Below, in pieces: positions 14,001 to 28,407 of a DNA stretch of 64,000 nucleotides; within the stretch, counting starts at the first letter, position 1; every line of letters begins with the position of its first letter. The notes beneath the pieces are model-generated. The model was given only the letters and a program-made list of their open reading frames with translations. It made no database searches and had not been told where the DNA came from. This DNA is from the human T2T-CHM13v2.0 reference genome, Homo sapiens, in NCBI RefSeq assembly GCF_009914755.1, contig NC_060945.1. One strand, 5' to 3'. The position numbers and the translations under genes are program-made.

Positions 14001-17000
14001 TGAACGGAGTGGATTGGAGTGGAATGGAATGGAGTGGAATTCAATGGAATGGAATAAAATGGAGTGAAGTGGAGTGGAGTGCATAGGAATGGAATGAAGT
14101 GTAGTGGAGTGAAACGGAGTGCATTGGAGTGGAATGAAATGGAGTGGAGTGGAATGGAACAGAAAGGAATAGAGTGGAGTGGAGTGGAATTGAATACAAT
14201 GGAAAGGAATGGTTTCGAATGGAATGAAATGGAATGGAATTGAAGGGAATTTAAAGGAATGAAGGGAGTGGACGGGAATGGAATGGATTGGAATGGAACG
14301 GAAACAAATGGAGCGGACTGGAAACGAATGGACTGGAATGGAAGGGACTGCAATGGAATGGACTCGATTGGAATTTTATCGATTGGAATGGAATCGAATG
14401 GAAGGTAATAAATGGAATGGAAACGAATGGAATGGAATCGAATGGAATGGAAAAGAAAAGCATCAAAAGGAAACAAATGGAAAGGGGTGAAGTGGAGTGT
14501 AGTGGAGTCGAAGGGAGTGGAATGGAATGGAATGGGGTGTAATGGAATTTAATGGAGTGGAGTGGAATTGAGTGGTATGGGATGGAATTAAAAAGAATGG
14601 AATGGATTGTAGTGAGGTCGAGTGGAGTGGGATGGAGGAGAGTCGAGTGGAATGGAATGAATTCGAATAGTATAGAATGGAATGGATTCGAATGGAAAAG
14701 ACTCGAATATAATAGAATGAAATGAAATGGACTCGAATGGAATGGAATCTAATTAAAAGGAAACGAAAACAATGGAATCCAATGGAATGGAATTGAGTTG
14801 AACGGAATTGAATGGATAGTATTCAAATGGAATGGAAAGGAATGAAATGGAGGCGAATGGAATGGAATCAAATGTCATAGAATGGAATCTAATGGAATGT
14901 GTTGAAGAGGATTAGTGTGGACTGGAAAGGAGTGGAATGGAATGGGGTGGAATGGAAATTAATTGAGTGTAGTGGATTGGAATGGAGTTGAAAGGAATGG
15001 AATGGGCAAGAATGGAATGCGAAGGAATGGAGTTGAAAGGAGTGGAGTGGAGTCGAGTGGAGTGGTATGGAATGCAATGGAATGGAATAGGAAGGAATGG
15101 AATGGAATGGAATGGAGTGTAGTGGAATGAAATGGAATTTAGTGGAATGGAATGGAGTGGAATGAATGGAACGGAATTGAATGGAATGGAATGGAGTGGA
15201 GTGGAATTTAGTGGACTGGAGTGGAATGAAATGGAATGGAATGGAATGGAAAGGTATGGAATGGAAGGGAATGGAATGGATTTAAATGGAATGGTCTCAA
15301 ATGGAATGAAATTGAAAGGAAAGGAATCGAATGCATTGGAATTAAGTGGAATGGAATCAAATGGAATGGAATCAAAAGTAATAGAAATGAAGAGAATGGA
15401 ATCGAGGGGAAAGGAATAGAATGACTTCGAATGGAATCGTATGGAATGGAGTGAGGTGGAGTGGAGTGGAATGGAGTGCAATGGAGTGGAATGGAATGGA
15501 GCGGAGTGGAATGAAGAGCAATGGAATAGAAAGGAATAGAATGGAATGGAATGGAGTGGAATGGAGTGCAATGGAGTGGAATGGATAGGAATAGAGTGGA
15601 ATGGAATGGAATGGAGTGGAATGGAATTGAATGGAATGGAGTGGAATGGAATGAAGTGGAATGGAATGGAAAGGAACGGAATGGAATGGACTGGAGTGGA
15701 ATGGAGTGGATTAGAGTAGAATGGAATGGAATGGACTCTAATGGAATGGAAAAGAATGGAATGGATTCTAATTGAAAGGCATCGAATGGAAGGGAATCGA
15801 ATGGCATCGAATGGAATAGAATGGAATGTGATGAAGTGTTGTGGGGTGGATTGCAAAGGAGGGGAATGTAATGAGTTGGAATGGAATTGAATGGAGTGGT
15901 GTGGAGCAGAGTGGAATTGAGTGAAATAAAATGGAATGGCGAGGAATGGAAAGGGATGGAATGGAACTGAATGGAGTCGATTGGAAGGGAGTGGAATGGA
16001 GTGGAATGGAATGGAATCGGAAAGAAATTGAATGGATTGGAGTGGAATGGAATGCAAAGGAATGGAATGGAATGGAATCAAATGGAATGGAATGGAGGGG
16101 AGTGGAAGGTAATGGAATGGAATGGATTGGAATGTGGTCGAGTTGAGTGGAGTTCAGTGGAATTGAGTGGAGTGGAATGAAATGGAGTGGAATGGAGTGG
16201 AGTGAAATGGAATGGAGTAGAGTTGAATGGAATCGACTGGACAAGAATGGAATGGAATGGAATGGAATGGAATGGACTTGAATGGAAAGGACTGGAATGG
16301 AATGTACTCCAAAGGAATGCATTTGAATTTAATGGAACCGAATGGAATGGAATCGAATGGAATGGAAGTGAATGGCATCGAACGGAATCGAGTTGAATGC
16401 AGTGAACTGGAGTGGAGAGGAGTGGAATGGATTGGAATTGAGTGGAATGGAAAGGAATGGGAAGGAATGGAATGGAATGGAGTGGAGGGGAGTGGAGTCG
16501 AGTGGAGGGGAGTGGATTCGAGTGGAGCGGATTGAAATGCAATGGAATGCAATGGAAGGGATTAGAGTGGAGTGGAGGGGAATGGAGTGGAGTGGAATGG
16601 AATGGAATAGAATGGAATCGAAAGCAATAAAATCGAATTCAATGGAAGTGAAGGGCATCGAATGCCATCGAATGGAGAGAGGTGAAGTGGAGTGGAGTGT
16701 TACGGAGTGGAAGGGAATGGGGTGGAATGGAAGAGAATGGACTGGAGTGGCGTGGAATGGAGTGTAATGGAATGGAATGGGAAGGAATGGAATTGAATGG
16801 ATAGGAGTGGAGTGGATTGGAATGGAATGGAAAGGAAAATAATGGGGTGGAGTGGAGTGGAGTGGACTAGAGTGCAGTCGAATGGAGTGGAATGGAGAGA
16901 AATTCAATGGAATGGAAAAGAGTAATGGAATGGAATGTAGTGGAGTGTAGTGAAGAGGAAAGGAATGAAATGGACTGGAATAGAATAGAATGGAATGGAA

Positions 17001-20000
17001 TGGAACGGAATGGAATGGACACGAGTGGAATGGAACCGAAAGGAATGTACTCGAATGGAATGGAATCGAAAGGATGGGAATAGAAAGGAAATGGATCGAA
17101 TGGAATGGAATTGAATGGAGTGGAATCGAATGGACTGGAAGCAAATGACATCGAATGGAAATGAATGGAATGCGGGGAAGGGGAGTGGAGTGAAGGGGAG
17201 TGGAGTGGAGTGGATTGGAATGGAATGGGGTGGAATGGAATTCAATGGAGTGGAGTGGAGTCAAGTGGAATGGAGTAGAATGGAATAAAATGGAATGGAA
17301 TCCAATGGAATGGACTGGAATTGAGTAGAATGGAATGGAATGGAATGGCATGCAATGGAATGGAAGCTACTGGAATGGCATCAATTAACATCGAATGGAA
17401 TTGAATGAGGTGGAGTGTAGTGGAGTGTAATGGAATGGGGTGGAATGGAATTGAATGGAGACGAGTGGAGTGGAGTGGAATGGAATGGAATGGAATGGAG
17501 TGGAGTGGAATGGAATGGAGATGAACAAATTGGAGTGCAAAGGAGTGGAATGGAAAGCAATGGAATGGAAAGGAATAGAATGGAATGGAATGGAATGCAA
17601 TGCAGTGGAATAGAATGGAGTGGAGTGGAATGGAATGGAATGGAGTGGAGAGGAATGGAATGGAATGGAGTGGAATGGAATGAAGTGGAATGGAATGGAA
17701 AGGAACAGAATGGAATGGACTGGAGTTGAATGGAGTGGATTGAAGTGGAATGGAATGGACTCGAATGGAATGGAAACGAATGGAATGGATTCTAATGGAA
17801 TGTCATCGAATGGAAGGGAATCGAATGGCATCAAATGGAATAGAAAAGAATGAGGTGAAGTGTTGTGTGGAGTGCAACGGAGTGGAATGGAATGAGAAGG
17901 AATGGAATTGAATGGAGTGGTGTGGAGCAGGGTGGAATGGAGTGGAATGAAAAGTAATGCGAAGGAATGGAATGAGACAGAATGGAACTGAATGGAGTTG
18001 ACAGGAGTGGGGTGGAATAGAGTGGAATGGAATGGAATCAGAAGGAAAGGATTTGAATGGATTGAAGTGGAATGGACTGGAGTGGAATTCAATGCAAAGG
18101 AATGGAGTGGAATGGAATGGAATAAAATGGAATGGAATGGAGTGGAATGGACTGGAGTGGAATGGAATACAAACGAATGGAAAGGAACGGAATTAAATGG
18201 AATGGAATGGAGTGGAATGGAGTGGAATGAAGTGGAATGGAATGGAGAGGATTAGAAGGTAATGGAATGGAATGGAATGAAATGCGGTCGTGTGGAGTGG
18301 AGTTTAGTGTAATAGGGTGGAGTGCAATGAAATGGAGTGGAGTGGAGTGAAATGGAATGGAATAGAGTTTAATGGAATGGAGTGGAGTGGAATGGAATGG
18401 AATGGAATGGAATGGACTTGAACGAAAAGGACTGGAATAGAATGTACTAGAATGGAATGCACTTGAATTGAATGGAATCGAATGGATTGGAATCGAAATG
18501 AATGGAATCGAACGGAATGGAATCGAATGTCGTCGAACGAAATCGAGTTGAATGCAGTGAGCTGGAGTGGAGTGGAGTGGAATGGAGTGGAATTGAAGGG
18601 AATGGAAAGGAATGGGAAGGAATGGAATGGATTGGAGTGGATTGGAGTGGAGTGGAGTTGATTGAAATGCAATGGAATGCAATAGAATGGAGTGGAGTGG
18701 AGTGGAGTGGAGGAGAATGGAGTGGAGAGGAATGGAATGGAATGGAATGGGACGGAATGGAATGGATTGCAATAACATCGAATGCAATGGAAGCGAATGA
18801 CAACGAATGCAATCGAATGGAGTGTGGTGGAGTGGAGGGGAGTGGAGTGGAATGGAGGGGAATGGAATGGAATCAGAAGGAATGGAATGGAATGGAGAGG
18901 AGTGGAGTGGAATAGAATCGAAAGGAAAGGAATAGTGTGGAGTGGAGAGGAGAGGAGTGCAGTCGAATGGAGTGGAATGGGTAGAAATTGAACGGAATGG
19001 AAGTGTAATAGAATGGAATGTAGTGGAGTGTCCTGAAGTGGAATAAAAAGAAATGGACTGGAATAGAATGGAATGGAATGGAATTGAATGGAACTGAATG
19101 GAATAGAATGGAATGGAAAGGAATGGAATGGACTCCAGTGAAATGGACCTGAATGGAATGGATCCGAATGGAATGGAATCGAAAGGAAGGGAATACAAAG
19201 GAATGGGATCGAATGGAATGGAATTGAATGGAATGGAATCGAATGGACTGGAATCGAATGGCTTTGAATGGAATCGAATGGAAAGCGGGAAAGGGTAGTG
19301 GAGTGGAGTGGATTGGAATGGAATGGGGTGGAATGGAATTGAATGGAGTGGAGTGGAGTGGATTCGAGTGGAATGGAGAGGAATGGAATATAATGGAATG
19401 GAATGGAATGTCCTGGAATGGAATAAAATGGAATGAAATGGAATGGAATGGAAGCAAACGGAATGGAATTGAACTACATCAAATGGAATCAAATGGAATG
19501 AGGTGAAGTGCAGAGGAGTGGAGTGAAATGGAATAGGTTGGAATGGAATTGAATGGAGAGGATTGGAGTGGAATGGAATGGAATGGAATGGATAGGGAAG
19601 GAATTTAATTGAACGGAGTGGAGTGGATTGGAGTGGGGTGGAATGCAATGGAACAGTATGGAACGGAGTGGAGTGTATTGGAGTGGAGTGCAGTGGAGTG
19701 CAGTGGAATAAAGTGGAATTGAATGCAATGGAATGGAATGGAGTGGAATATAACGGAATCGATTGGAGTGGATTGGAGTGGAATGGAATGGAATAGACAG
19801 AAATGTAAAAGAATGGAATGGAATAGAATGTACTGGACTCTAATGGAATGGACTGGAAGGGAATGCAATCCAATGGAAGGGAAACGAATGGAATCATTGA
19901 ATGGAGTGGAATCAAATCTAATGGAATGGAATGAAATTGAATGGAATCGAATGGAATGCGAGGAAGTGCAGTGGAGTGGAGTGGAATGGAGTGGAATGGA

Positions 20001-23000
20001 ATGGGGTGGAATGGAAATGAATGGAGTGGAGTGGAATGGAATTAAATTGAATGGAATGGAAAGGAATGGAATTGAACGGAGTGGAATGGAGTGGAATTGA
20101 ATTCAATGGAATGGAATGGAGTGGAATGGAGTGAAATAGAGTGGATTGGAATGAAGTGGAATGGAGGGGAATGGAATGGAGTGGACTGGAGTGAAGTAGA
20201 GTGGAGTAGAATGGACTGGTATAGAATGGGATGGAGTAGAATGGAAGGATTGGAATGGAGTGGAGTGGAGCGGAGCAGAGTCTAGTGGAATGGAGTTGAA
20301 TGGAATGGGGTGGAACCGAATTGAATAGAGTCGAGTGGAGTAGAATTGAATGGAGTGGAATGGAATGGACTGGGAAGGCATGGAAATGCAAATGTTGGAG
20401 TGGAGTGGAGTGGAATGCAAATAAATGGAATGGAATGGAGTGGAGTGGAGGGAAGTGGAGTGAAGTGGAAAGGAATGGAATGGAGTGCAATGGAGTGGAG
20501 TGGAATGGAATGGAGTGGAGTGGAGCGGAGTGGAGTGAAGTGGAATGGAATGGAAAGGATGGGACTGGAGTGGAGTGGAAAGGAAGGGAATGGATTGGAG
20601 AAAAGTGGAGTGCAGTGGAGTGATGACGGATGTAATGGAATGGATTGGAGTGGAGTGGTTTGGAGTGGAGTGGAGTGGAATGGAGGGTAATGGCATGGAA
20701 TGGATTAGAATGGAATGGAATGGAATGGAAACGAATGGAATGAAATCGAATGTCATCGAATGGAATCGAATGGAATGCGGTGAAATGGATTGGAGTTGAG
20801 TAGAATAGAGTGGAATGGAATGGGGTGGAACGGAATTGAATGGAGAGGAGTGGACTGGAGTGGAATGTCGTGGAATGAAATGGAATTAGAAGGAATCGAA
20901 TTGAACAGAATGGAGTGGAATAGAGTGGAGAGAAGTGGAATGCAATGGAATAGAAAGGAATGGAATGGAATGGAATGGAAGGGAAGGGTATTGAATGGAA
21001 TGGAAGGGAATGGACTGGAAAGGAGTGGAGTGGAGTGGATTGGAATGGAATGCAATGGAGTGGAATGGAATGGAATACAATGGAATGGAGGTGAATGAGG
21101 TGGAATGGAATGGAATGGAATGGAATAAAATTGCAAAGAATGGAAAGGACTCAAATGGAATGAATTCAAACGTAATGGACTGTAGTGGAAAGGACTCGAA
21201 AGAATTGGACTTGAATGGAATGGAATGGAATGCAATTCAATTGAATGGAAAGGAGTGGAATTGAATTTAATGGAATGGAGTGGAGTGGGGTGGAATGGAA
21301 TGGAGTGGAGCGGAGAAGAGTGCAGTGGAGTGGAGTGGTGTGGAATGGAATGGAGTGGAATGGAGTGAAGAGGAGTGGATTGGAATGGATTGGAGAGGAA
21401 AGGAATGGATTGGAGGGGAGTGGAGTGGAGGGCAGTGTAGCGGAGTGAAAAGGAATGGAATGGAATGGAATGAAGTGCAGTGGATTGGAATGTATTGGAG
21501 AGGAATGGAATGGAATGGAACGGAATGGAATGGAAGGGAATGGAATCAAATAGAATGGACTGGAATAGAATGGACTCCAATGTAATGGACTAGAATGGAA
21601 TGGACCCGAATGGTAGGGAATAGAATGAAACTGAATCGAATGGAATGGAAACGAATGGCATAGAAAGGAATTGAATGGAATGCAGTGAAGTGGAGTGAAG
21701 TGGAGTGGAACGCAGTGGAATCAAATGGTTTGGAATATAATTGAAAGGAGTGGATTGGAGTGGAATGGAATGCAATGGGAAGGAATGGAATTGAGCAGAG
21801 TAGAGTGGAGTGGAGTGGAAAGGAATGGAATGGAATGGACTTGAATGGAATGGAATCAAATGGAATTGAAATGAATGGAATGGAAGAGAATGGATTGTAA
21901 ACGAATGACATCCAATGGAATCAAAAGGAATGCATTGAAGTGGAGTGGAGTGGAATATACTGGAATGAAATGGGGGGAACGGAATTGAATGGAGTGTAGT
22001 GGAGTGGAGTGGAATGGGTTTAAATGGAAAGGAATGGGAAGGAATGTAATTGAACGTAGTGGAGTGGAGTGGAGTGGAATGGAGTGGAGTGGAGTGCAGT
22101 GTTTAGTGGAGTGGAGAGGAGTACAGTTGAATGAAATGGAATGCAGTGGATTGGAGTTGAGTGGAGTGGAGAGGAATGGAGTGGAATGCAATTATGGGAG
22201 TTGAGTGGAGTAGAAGGGAAAGGAATGTAGTGGAGTGGAATTGAGTGGAGTGGAGTGGAGTGTAATTGAGTGGAGTGGAGTGGAATGGAGTGGAGTGGAA
22301 TGGCATGGAATGGAGTGGATTGGAGTGGAGGGCAATGCAATTGAATGGAATGGAATGGAGTGGAGTGCAGCAGAGTGGAGTGGAGTGGAGTGCATTGTAG
22401 TGGAGTGGAATGAAATGGAATGGAATGGAATGGACTCGAATGGAATGGACTGGATTGGAATGGACTCGAATGGAAAGGACTCGAATGGAATGAAATCGAA
22501 TGGAATGGAATGGAATGAAATGGAATCAAAGGAATGGAATGGTCACGAATGTAATGGACTGGAATGAAATGGACTCGAATGGACTCGAATGGAATGGACT
22601 CGAATGAAATGGAATCCAATTTAAAGGAATCGAGTGGAATGGAATTGAAAGGAATTGAATGGAATCGAATGGAATCAAATGGCATCCAATGGTATCGAAT
22701 GGAATTCGGTTAGTGGAGTGGAGTGGAATGGAGTGGAACGTAATGGGGTGGAATGGAATAAAATGGAGTGGAGTGAAGTGCAGTGGAATGTATTGGAATG
22801 GAATTGAATGGGAAGGAATGCAATTGAATGGAGTGCAGGGGAGTGTATTGGAGTGGAATGTAATGAAATGGAAGGGATTGGAGTGGATTGGAGTGGAGTG
22901 GAATGGAGTGGAGTGCAATGCAATGGATTGGAGTTTAGTGTGGTGGAGTGGAGTGGAGTGGAAAGAAATGGAATGGAATGGAATGGAATTGAATTGAATG

Positions 23001-24189
23001 AAACAAAAGGAATGGAATGGAATTGATCGGAATGGAATCAAAATGAATTGAATCAAATGCAAGGGAGCAGAATGGAATGGACTCGAATGGAATGGAATCG
23101 AATGGAATGGAATCAAATGGCATCGAATGGAATCGAATGGAATGCGGTGAATTAGATTGGAGTGTAGTGGAAAGGAGTGGAGCGGAATTGGGTGCAATTG
23201 AATTGAAAGGAGCGTAGTGGAGTGGAGGAGAATGGAGTGTAATGGAATGCAATGGGAAGGAATGGAATTGAATGGAGTGGAGGTGAGTTTAGTGGAGTGA
23301 AGTGGAGTGGAGTGGATTGGAATGAAATGGAATGGAATGGAATAGGATAGAATGTACTCGAATGGAATGGAATCAAATGAAATGGAGTCGAATGGAATTC
23401 AATCGAATGGCATCGAATGGAATCGAATAGAATGAAGTGAAGTGGCGCCCTGGAGAGGATTGGAATGTAGTGGAATGGTATGGGGTGGAATGGAATTAGA
23501 TGGAGTGGAGTAGATTGGAGGGGAATGGAGCGGAATGGAATGGAATGGAATGGGAAGGAATGATATTTAACGGAGTGGAGGGGAGTGGAGTGGAATGTAA
23601 TGTAACGGAATGGAATAGTGTAGAATGGAGAGGAGTGGAGGGCACTGGAGTTGAGTGGAGTGGAATAAAACGAAAAGGAGTGGAGTTGAGTGGACAGGAG
23701 TTGAGTGGAGTGGAATGGAATAAAGTGGAGTAGAGTGGAGTGGAGTAGAAGGGAATGCAATGGAGTGGAGTGGAGTTGCGTGGAGTGGAGGGGATTGGAG
23801 TGGTTTGGAGTGGAGTGGAAATGAATGCAGAGGAATGGAACGGAATGGAGTGGAGTGGAGTGGAGTGGAATGCAAAGAAATAGAATGGAGTGGAGTGCAT
23901 TGCCATGTAGTGGAGTGGAATAGAGTGTAACAGAGTACAGTGGAATGGAATGGAATGGAAAGGAATTGAAGGGAAAGGACTGCAACAGAATGGACTGGAA
24001 AGGAATGGATTTGAATGGAATGGACTCGAATGGAATGGAATCAAATGGAATGGCATGGAATAAAATGGAATGAAACGGAAAGGAATCAAATGAAATGAAA
24101 TGGAATGGAATGCAATGGAATGGAATAGAAAGGAATGGAATGGAATGGAATGGAATGGAATGGAATGGAATGGAATGGAACAGAACAGA

Positions 24190-24531
24190 ATGGAATGGAA
24201 TGGAATGCAATAAAATCGAATGTAATGGAAGCGAATGGCATGAATACAATCGAAAGGATTGTGGTGGAGAGGAGGGGAGTGGAGTGGAGTGGAATGGAGT
24301 GGAAGGGAATGGGGTGGAATGGAAGTGAATGGAGTGGAATGGATTGGAATGGAATGGAAAGGAACGGAACAGAATGGAATGGAATGGAATGGAATGCAAT
24401 AAAATCGAATGTAATGGAAGCAAATGGCATGAATACAATCGAAAGGATTGTGGTGGAGAGGAGGGGAGTGGAGTGGAGTGGAATGGAGTGGAAGGGAATG
24501 GGGTGGAATGGAAGTGAATGGAGTGGAATGG
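24190..24531 (+). repeat. 189-bp near-exact tandem duplication
   Basis: GCAATAAAATCGAATGTAATGGAAGC...GGCATGAATACAATCGAAAGGATTGTGGTGGAGAGGAGGGGAGT occurs at 24207 and 24396. Confidence 0.9.
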
Positions 24532-26374
24532 AATGGAATGGAGTGGAATTGAATGGAATCAGAAGGAATGGAATAGAATAGAGTGCAGTGTAGTGGAGTG
24601 GAACGGAATGGAAAGGTATAGGGTGGAGTGGAGTGGAGTGGATTGGAGTGCAGTCGAATGGAGTGGAATTGGTGGATATTGAACAGAATGGACAAGAGTG
24701 TAATGGAATGGAATGTAGTGGAGTGTAGTGAAGTGGAATAAAATGAAACGGACTGGAATAGAATGGAATGGAATGGAATGGAATGGAACGGAATGGAATG
24801 GACTCCAGTGGAAAGGACCTGAATGGAATGGACTCGAATGGAATGGAATTGAAAGGAAGGGAATGGACTGGAATCCAATGGCATGAATGAAATCGAATAG
24901 AATGCGATGAAATGGATTAGAGTTGAGTAGAATAGAGTGGAATGGAATGGCGTGAAACGGAATTGAATGGAGTGGAGTAGATTGGAGTTGAATGGAGTGG
25001 AATGGAATGGAATTGGAAGGAATGGAATTGAACGGGGTTGAGTGGAATAGAGGGGAATGCAAGGAAGGGGAGTGGAGTGGAGTGGAATGGAATGGGGTGG
25101 AGTGGAATTTAATAGAGTGGAGTGGAGTCGAGTGGAATGGAATATAATGGAATGGAATGGAAGAGAAAGGACTGGAATGGAATAGAATGGAATGGATTGG
25201 AATGGAATGGAATGGAATCGAATGACAATGAATGGAATCGAATGGAATGAGTTGAAGTGGAGTGAAGTCGAGTGGAATGGAATGGGGTGGAATGGAATTC
25301 AATGGAGGGGATTGGAGTGGAGTGGAATGGAATGGAATGGATAGGGAAGGAATGGAATTGAACGGAGTGGAGTGGAATGGAGTGGAGTTGAATGGAGTAT
25401 AATGGAATGGATATGGAAGGAATGGAATTCAACGGAGTGCAGTGGATGGGAGTGGAGTGGAATGCAATGGAATGGTATGGAATGGAGTGGAGTGGAGTGG
25501 AGTGGAGTGCAGTGGAGTGGAGTGCAATAAAGTGGAATGGAATTGAATGGAATGGAATGGAGTGGATTAGACTGAAATGGAGTGGAGTGGATTGCAGTGG
25601 AATGGAAAGGAATAGACACAAATGTAAAAGAATGGAATGGAATGGAATGCACTGGACTAATGGAATGGACTGGCATGGAATGGACTGGAATGCAATGGAA
25701 TCGAATGGAAGGGAAACGAATGGAATCATATTGAATGGGGTGGAATCGAATCTAATGGAATGGAATGGCAATGAATGGAATCGAATGGAATACCGGGGAG
25801 TGGAGAGGAGTGGAGTGGAATGGAGTGGAATGGAATGGTGTGGAATGGAAGTGAATGGAGTGGAGTGGAATCGAGTGGAATGGAGTGCAATGGAAAGGAA
25901 TGGGTAGGAATGGAATGGAATGGGTATGAATGAAATAGAATGGAGTGGAGTGGAAAGGAGTGGTGTGGAATGCAATGGAATGGAATAGAATGGAGTGGGG
26001 TAGAGTGGAATGGAATTGAATGGAGTGGAATGGAAAGGAATGGAATTGAACAGAGTGGAGGGGAGTGGAATTGAATTCAATGGAATAGAATGGAATGGAA
26101 TGGAATGGAATGGAATGGAATGGAATGGAGTGAAATGGAGTGGAATAGAGTGGATTGGAGTGAAGTGGAATGGAGAGGAATGGAATGCAAAGGAGTGGAG
26201 TACAGTGAAGCAGAGTGGAGTACAAAGGAGTGAAATAGAATGGAATGCAGTAGAAAGGTAGGAGTGGAATGGAATGGAGTGGAGTAGAGTGGAGTCTGGA
26301 GGAATGGAGTTGAATGGAATGGGATGGAACAGATTTGAATAGAGTCGAGTGTAGTAGAATTGAATAGAGTGGAA

Positions 26375-26740
26375 TGGAGTGGAATGGAATGGATTGGGAA
26401 GGCATGGAAATGCAAAGAGTGGAGTAGAGTGGATTGGAGTGGAATGCAAAGGAATATAATGGATTAGAGTGGAGTGGAGGGAAGTGGAGTAAAGTGGAAT
26501 GGAATGGAATGGAGAAGAGTGGAGTGAAGTGGAGTGAAGTGGAATAGAATTGAATGAAGTGGAATGTAATGGAATGGAATTGATTGGGAAGGCATGGAAA
26601 TGCAAAGAGTGGAGTGGATTGGGGTGGATTGGACTGGAATGCAAAGGAATTGAATGGAATGGAGTGGAGTGGAGTGAAGTGGAGTGAAGTGGAATGGAAT
26701 GGAATGGAGAGGAGTGGAGTGAAGTGGAGTGAAGCGGAAT
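26375..26740 (+). repeat. ~190-bp tandem duplication
   Basis: GATTGGGAAGGCATGGAAATGCAAAGAGTGGAGT occurs twice, with GGGAA at 26396 and 26586. The outer edges are approximate. Confidence 0.8.
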
Positions 26741-28237
26741 GAAATGGAATGGAGTGCAATGAAGTGCAGTGGAATGGAATGGAATGGAGTGGAGTGGAGC
26801 AGAGTGGAGTGAATTGGAATGGAATGGGTGGGACTGCAGTGGAGTGGAAAGGAATGGAATAGATTGGAGACAACTGGAGTGGAGTAGAGTGATAAGGGAT
26901 GGAATGGAATGGAGTGGAGTGGAGTGGTTTGGAGTGGAGTGGAGTGGAGTTGAACGGAGGGTAATGGAATGGAATGGATTGGAATGGAATGGAATGGAAT
27001 GGAAACGAATGGAATGAAAGCGAATGGCATCGAATGTAATCGAATGGAATGCTGTAAAATGGATTGGAGTTGAGTAGAATAGAGTGAAATGGAATGGGGT
27101 GGAATGGAATGCGGTGGAAATGGGGTGGAACGGAATTGAATGGAGTGGAGTGGATTGGAGTGTAATGGAGAGGAATGGAATGGAATTGGATGGAATGGAA
27201 TTGAACGGAGTGGAGTGGAATAGAGTGGAGTAAAGTGGAATGCAATGGAATGGAAAGGAATGTAATGTTAAGTAATTGAATGGAATGGAATGGAATGAAA
27301 TGCAACGGAAAGGAGTGGAGTGGATTGGAATGGAATGCAATGGAGTGGAATGTAATGTAATTGTGTAGAATGGAATAGACTACAACGGATTGGAATCAAA
27401 TGGACTCGAATGGAATAGACCCAAATGGAATGGACTCGAAAGGAATGGCATCGAATATATTGGAATGGAATGGATTCGAATAGAACGGACTCAAAAGGAA
27501 TGGACAGGAATGGAGTGAACTCAAATGGAATGTAGTTGAATGGAAAGGAATCAAATGGAATGGAATCAAATGGAATGGAATAGATTGGAATGAAATTGAC
27601 TGGAATAGAATGCAATCGAAAAGAATGGAATAGAATGAAATGGAATCGAAAGGAATGGAGTCAAATGGAATGAAATGGAATGGAATGGAATTAAATAGAC
27701 TGGAATGGGATACAATCGAAAGGAATGGAATAGAATGGAATGGAATGGAATGGAATGGATGGGAATTGAAGGGCATCGAATGGCATCATATGGAATGCGG
27801 TGAAATGGAGTGGAATGGATAGGAATGGAGTGGAATTGAATGTCTTGGAATGGAATTGAATGGAGTGGGGTGGAATGGAGGGCAAGGGAGTGGAATGCAA
27901 TGGAATAGGAAGGAATGGAATTGAGTGGAGTGGAGTGGTGTGGAGTAGGTTGGAGTGGAGTGGAATTGAACGGAGTGAAGTCGAGTGGAGTGGAGCGGAG
28001 TGCAGCCAAATGCAATGGAATGGACTCGATCTGAATGGACTGGAATGGAATGGACACGAGTGGAATGGAGTCGAATGGAATGTATTCCAATGGAATGGAA
28101 TGTATTCCAAAGGAATGGAATCGAAAGTAATGGAATCGAATGGCATCGAATGGAATCGAATGGAATGCGATGAAGTTGAGTGGAGTGGAGTGGAATGGAA
28201 TGGAAATGAATAGGGTGGAATGGAATTGAATGGAGTT

Positions 28238-28407
28238 GAGTGGAATGGAGTGTAAAGAAAAGGAATGGGAAGGAATGGAAATGAACAGAGTGGAGTGGAG
28301 AGGAGTGAAGTGGAGTGGAGTGGAATGGAGTGTAAAGAAAAGGAATGGGAAGGAATGGAAATGAACAGAGTGGAGTGGAGAGGAGTGAAGTGGAGTGGAG
28401 TGGAATG
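28238..28407 (+). repeat. Exact 80-bp tandem duplication
   Basis: 28241-28320 and 28321-28400 are identical (TGGAATGGAGTGTAAAGAAAAGGAATGGGAAGG...). Confidence 0.92.

Noticed and set aside
25109-27340. 743-aa minus-strand ORF (also 608 aa at 18089-19915, 517 aa at 25752-27305 and 462 aa at 23496-24884)
   Set aside because: Minus-strand stops require TTA, CTA or TCA on the + strand, and these are scarce in GGAGT/GGAAT tracts. The length follows from composition, and parallel frames are open too.
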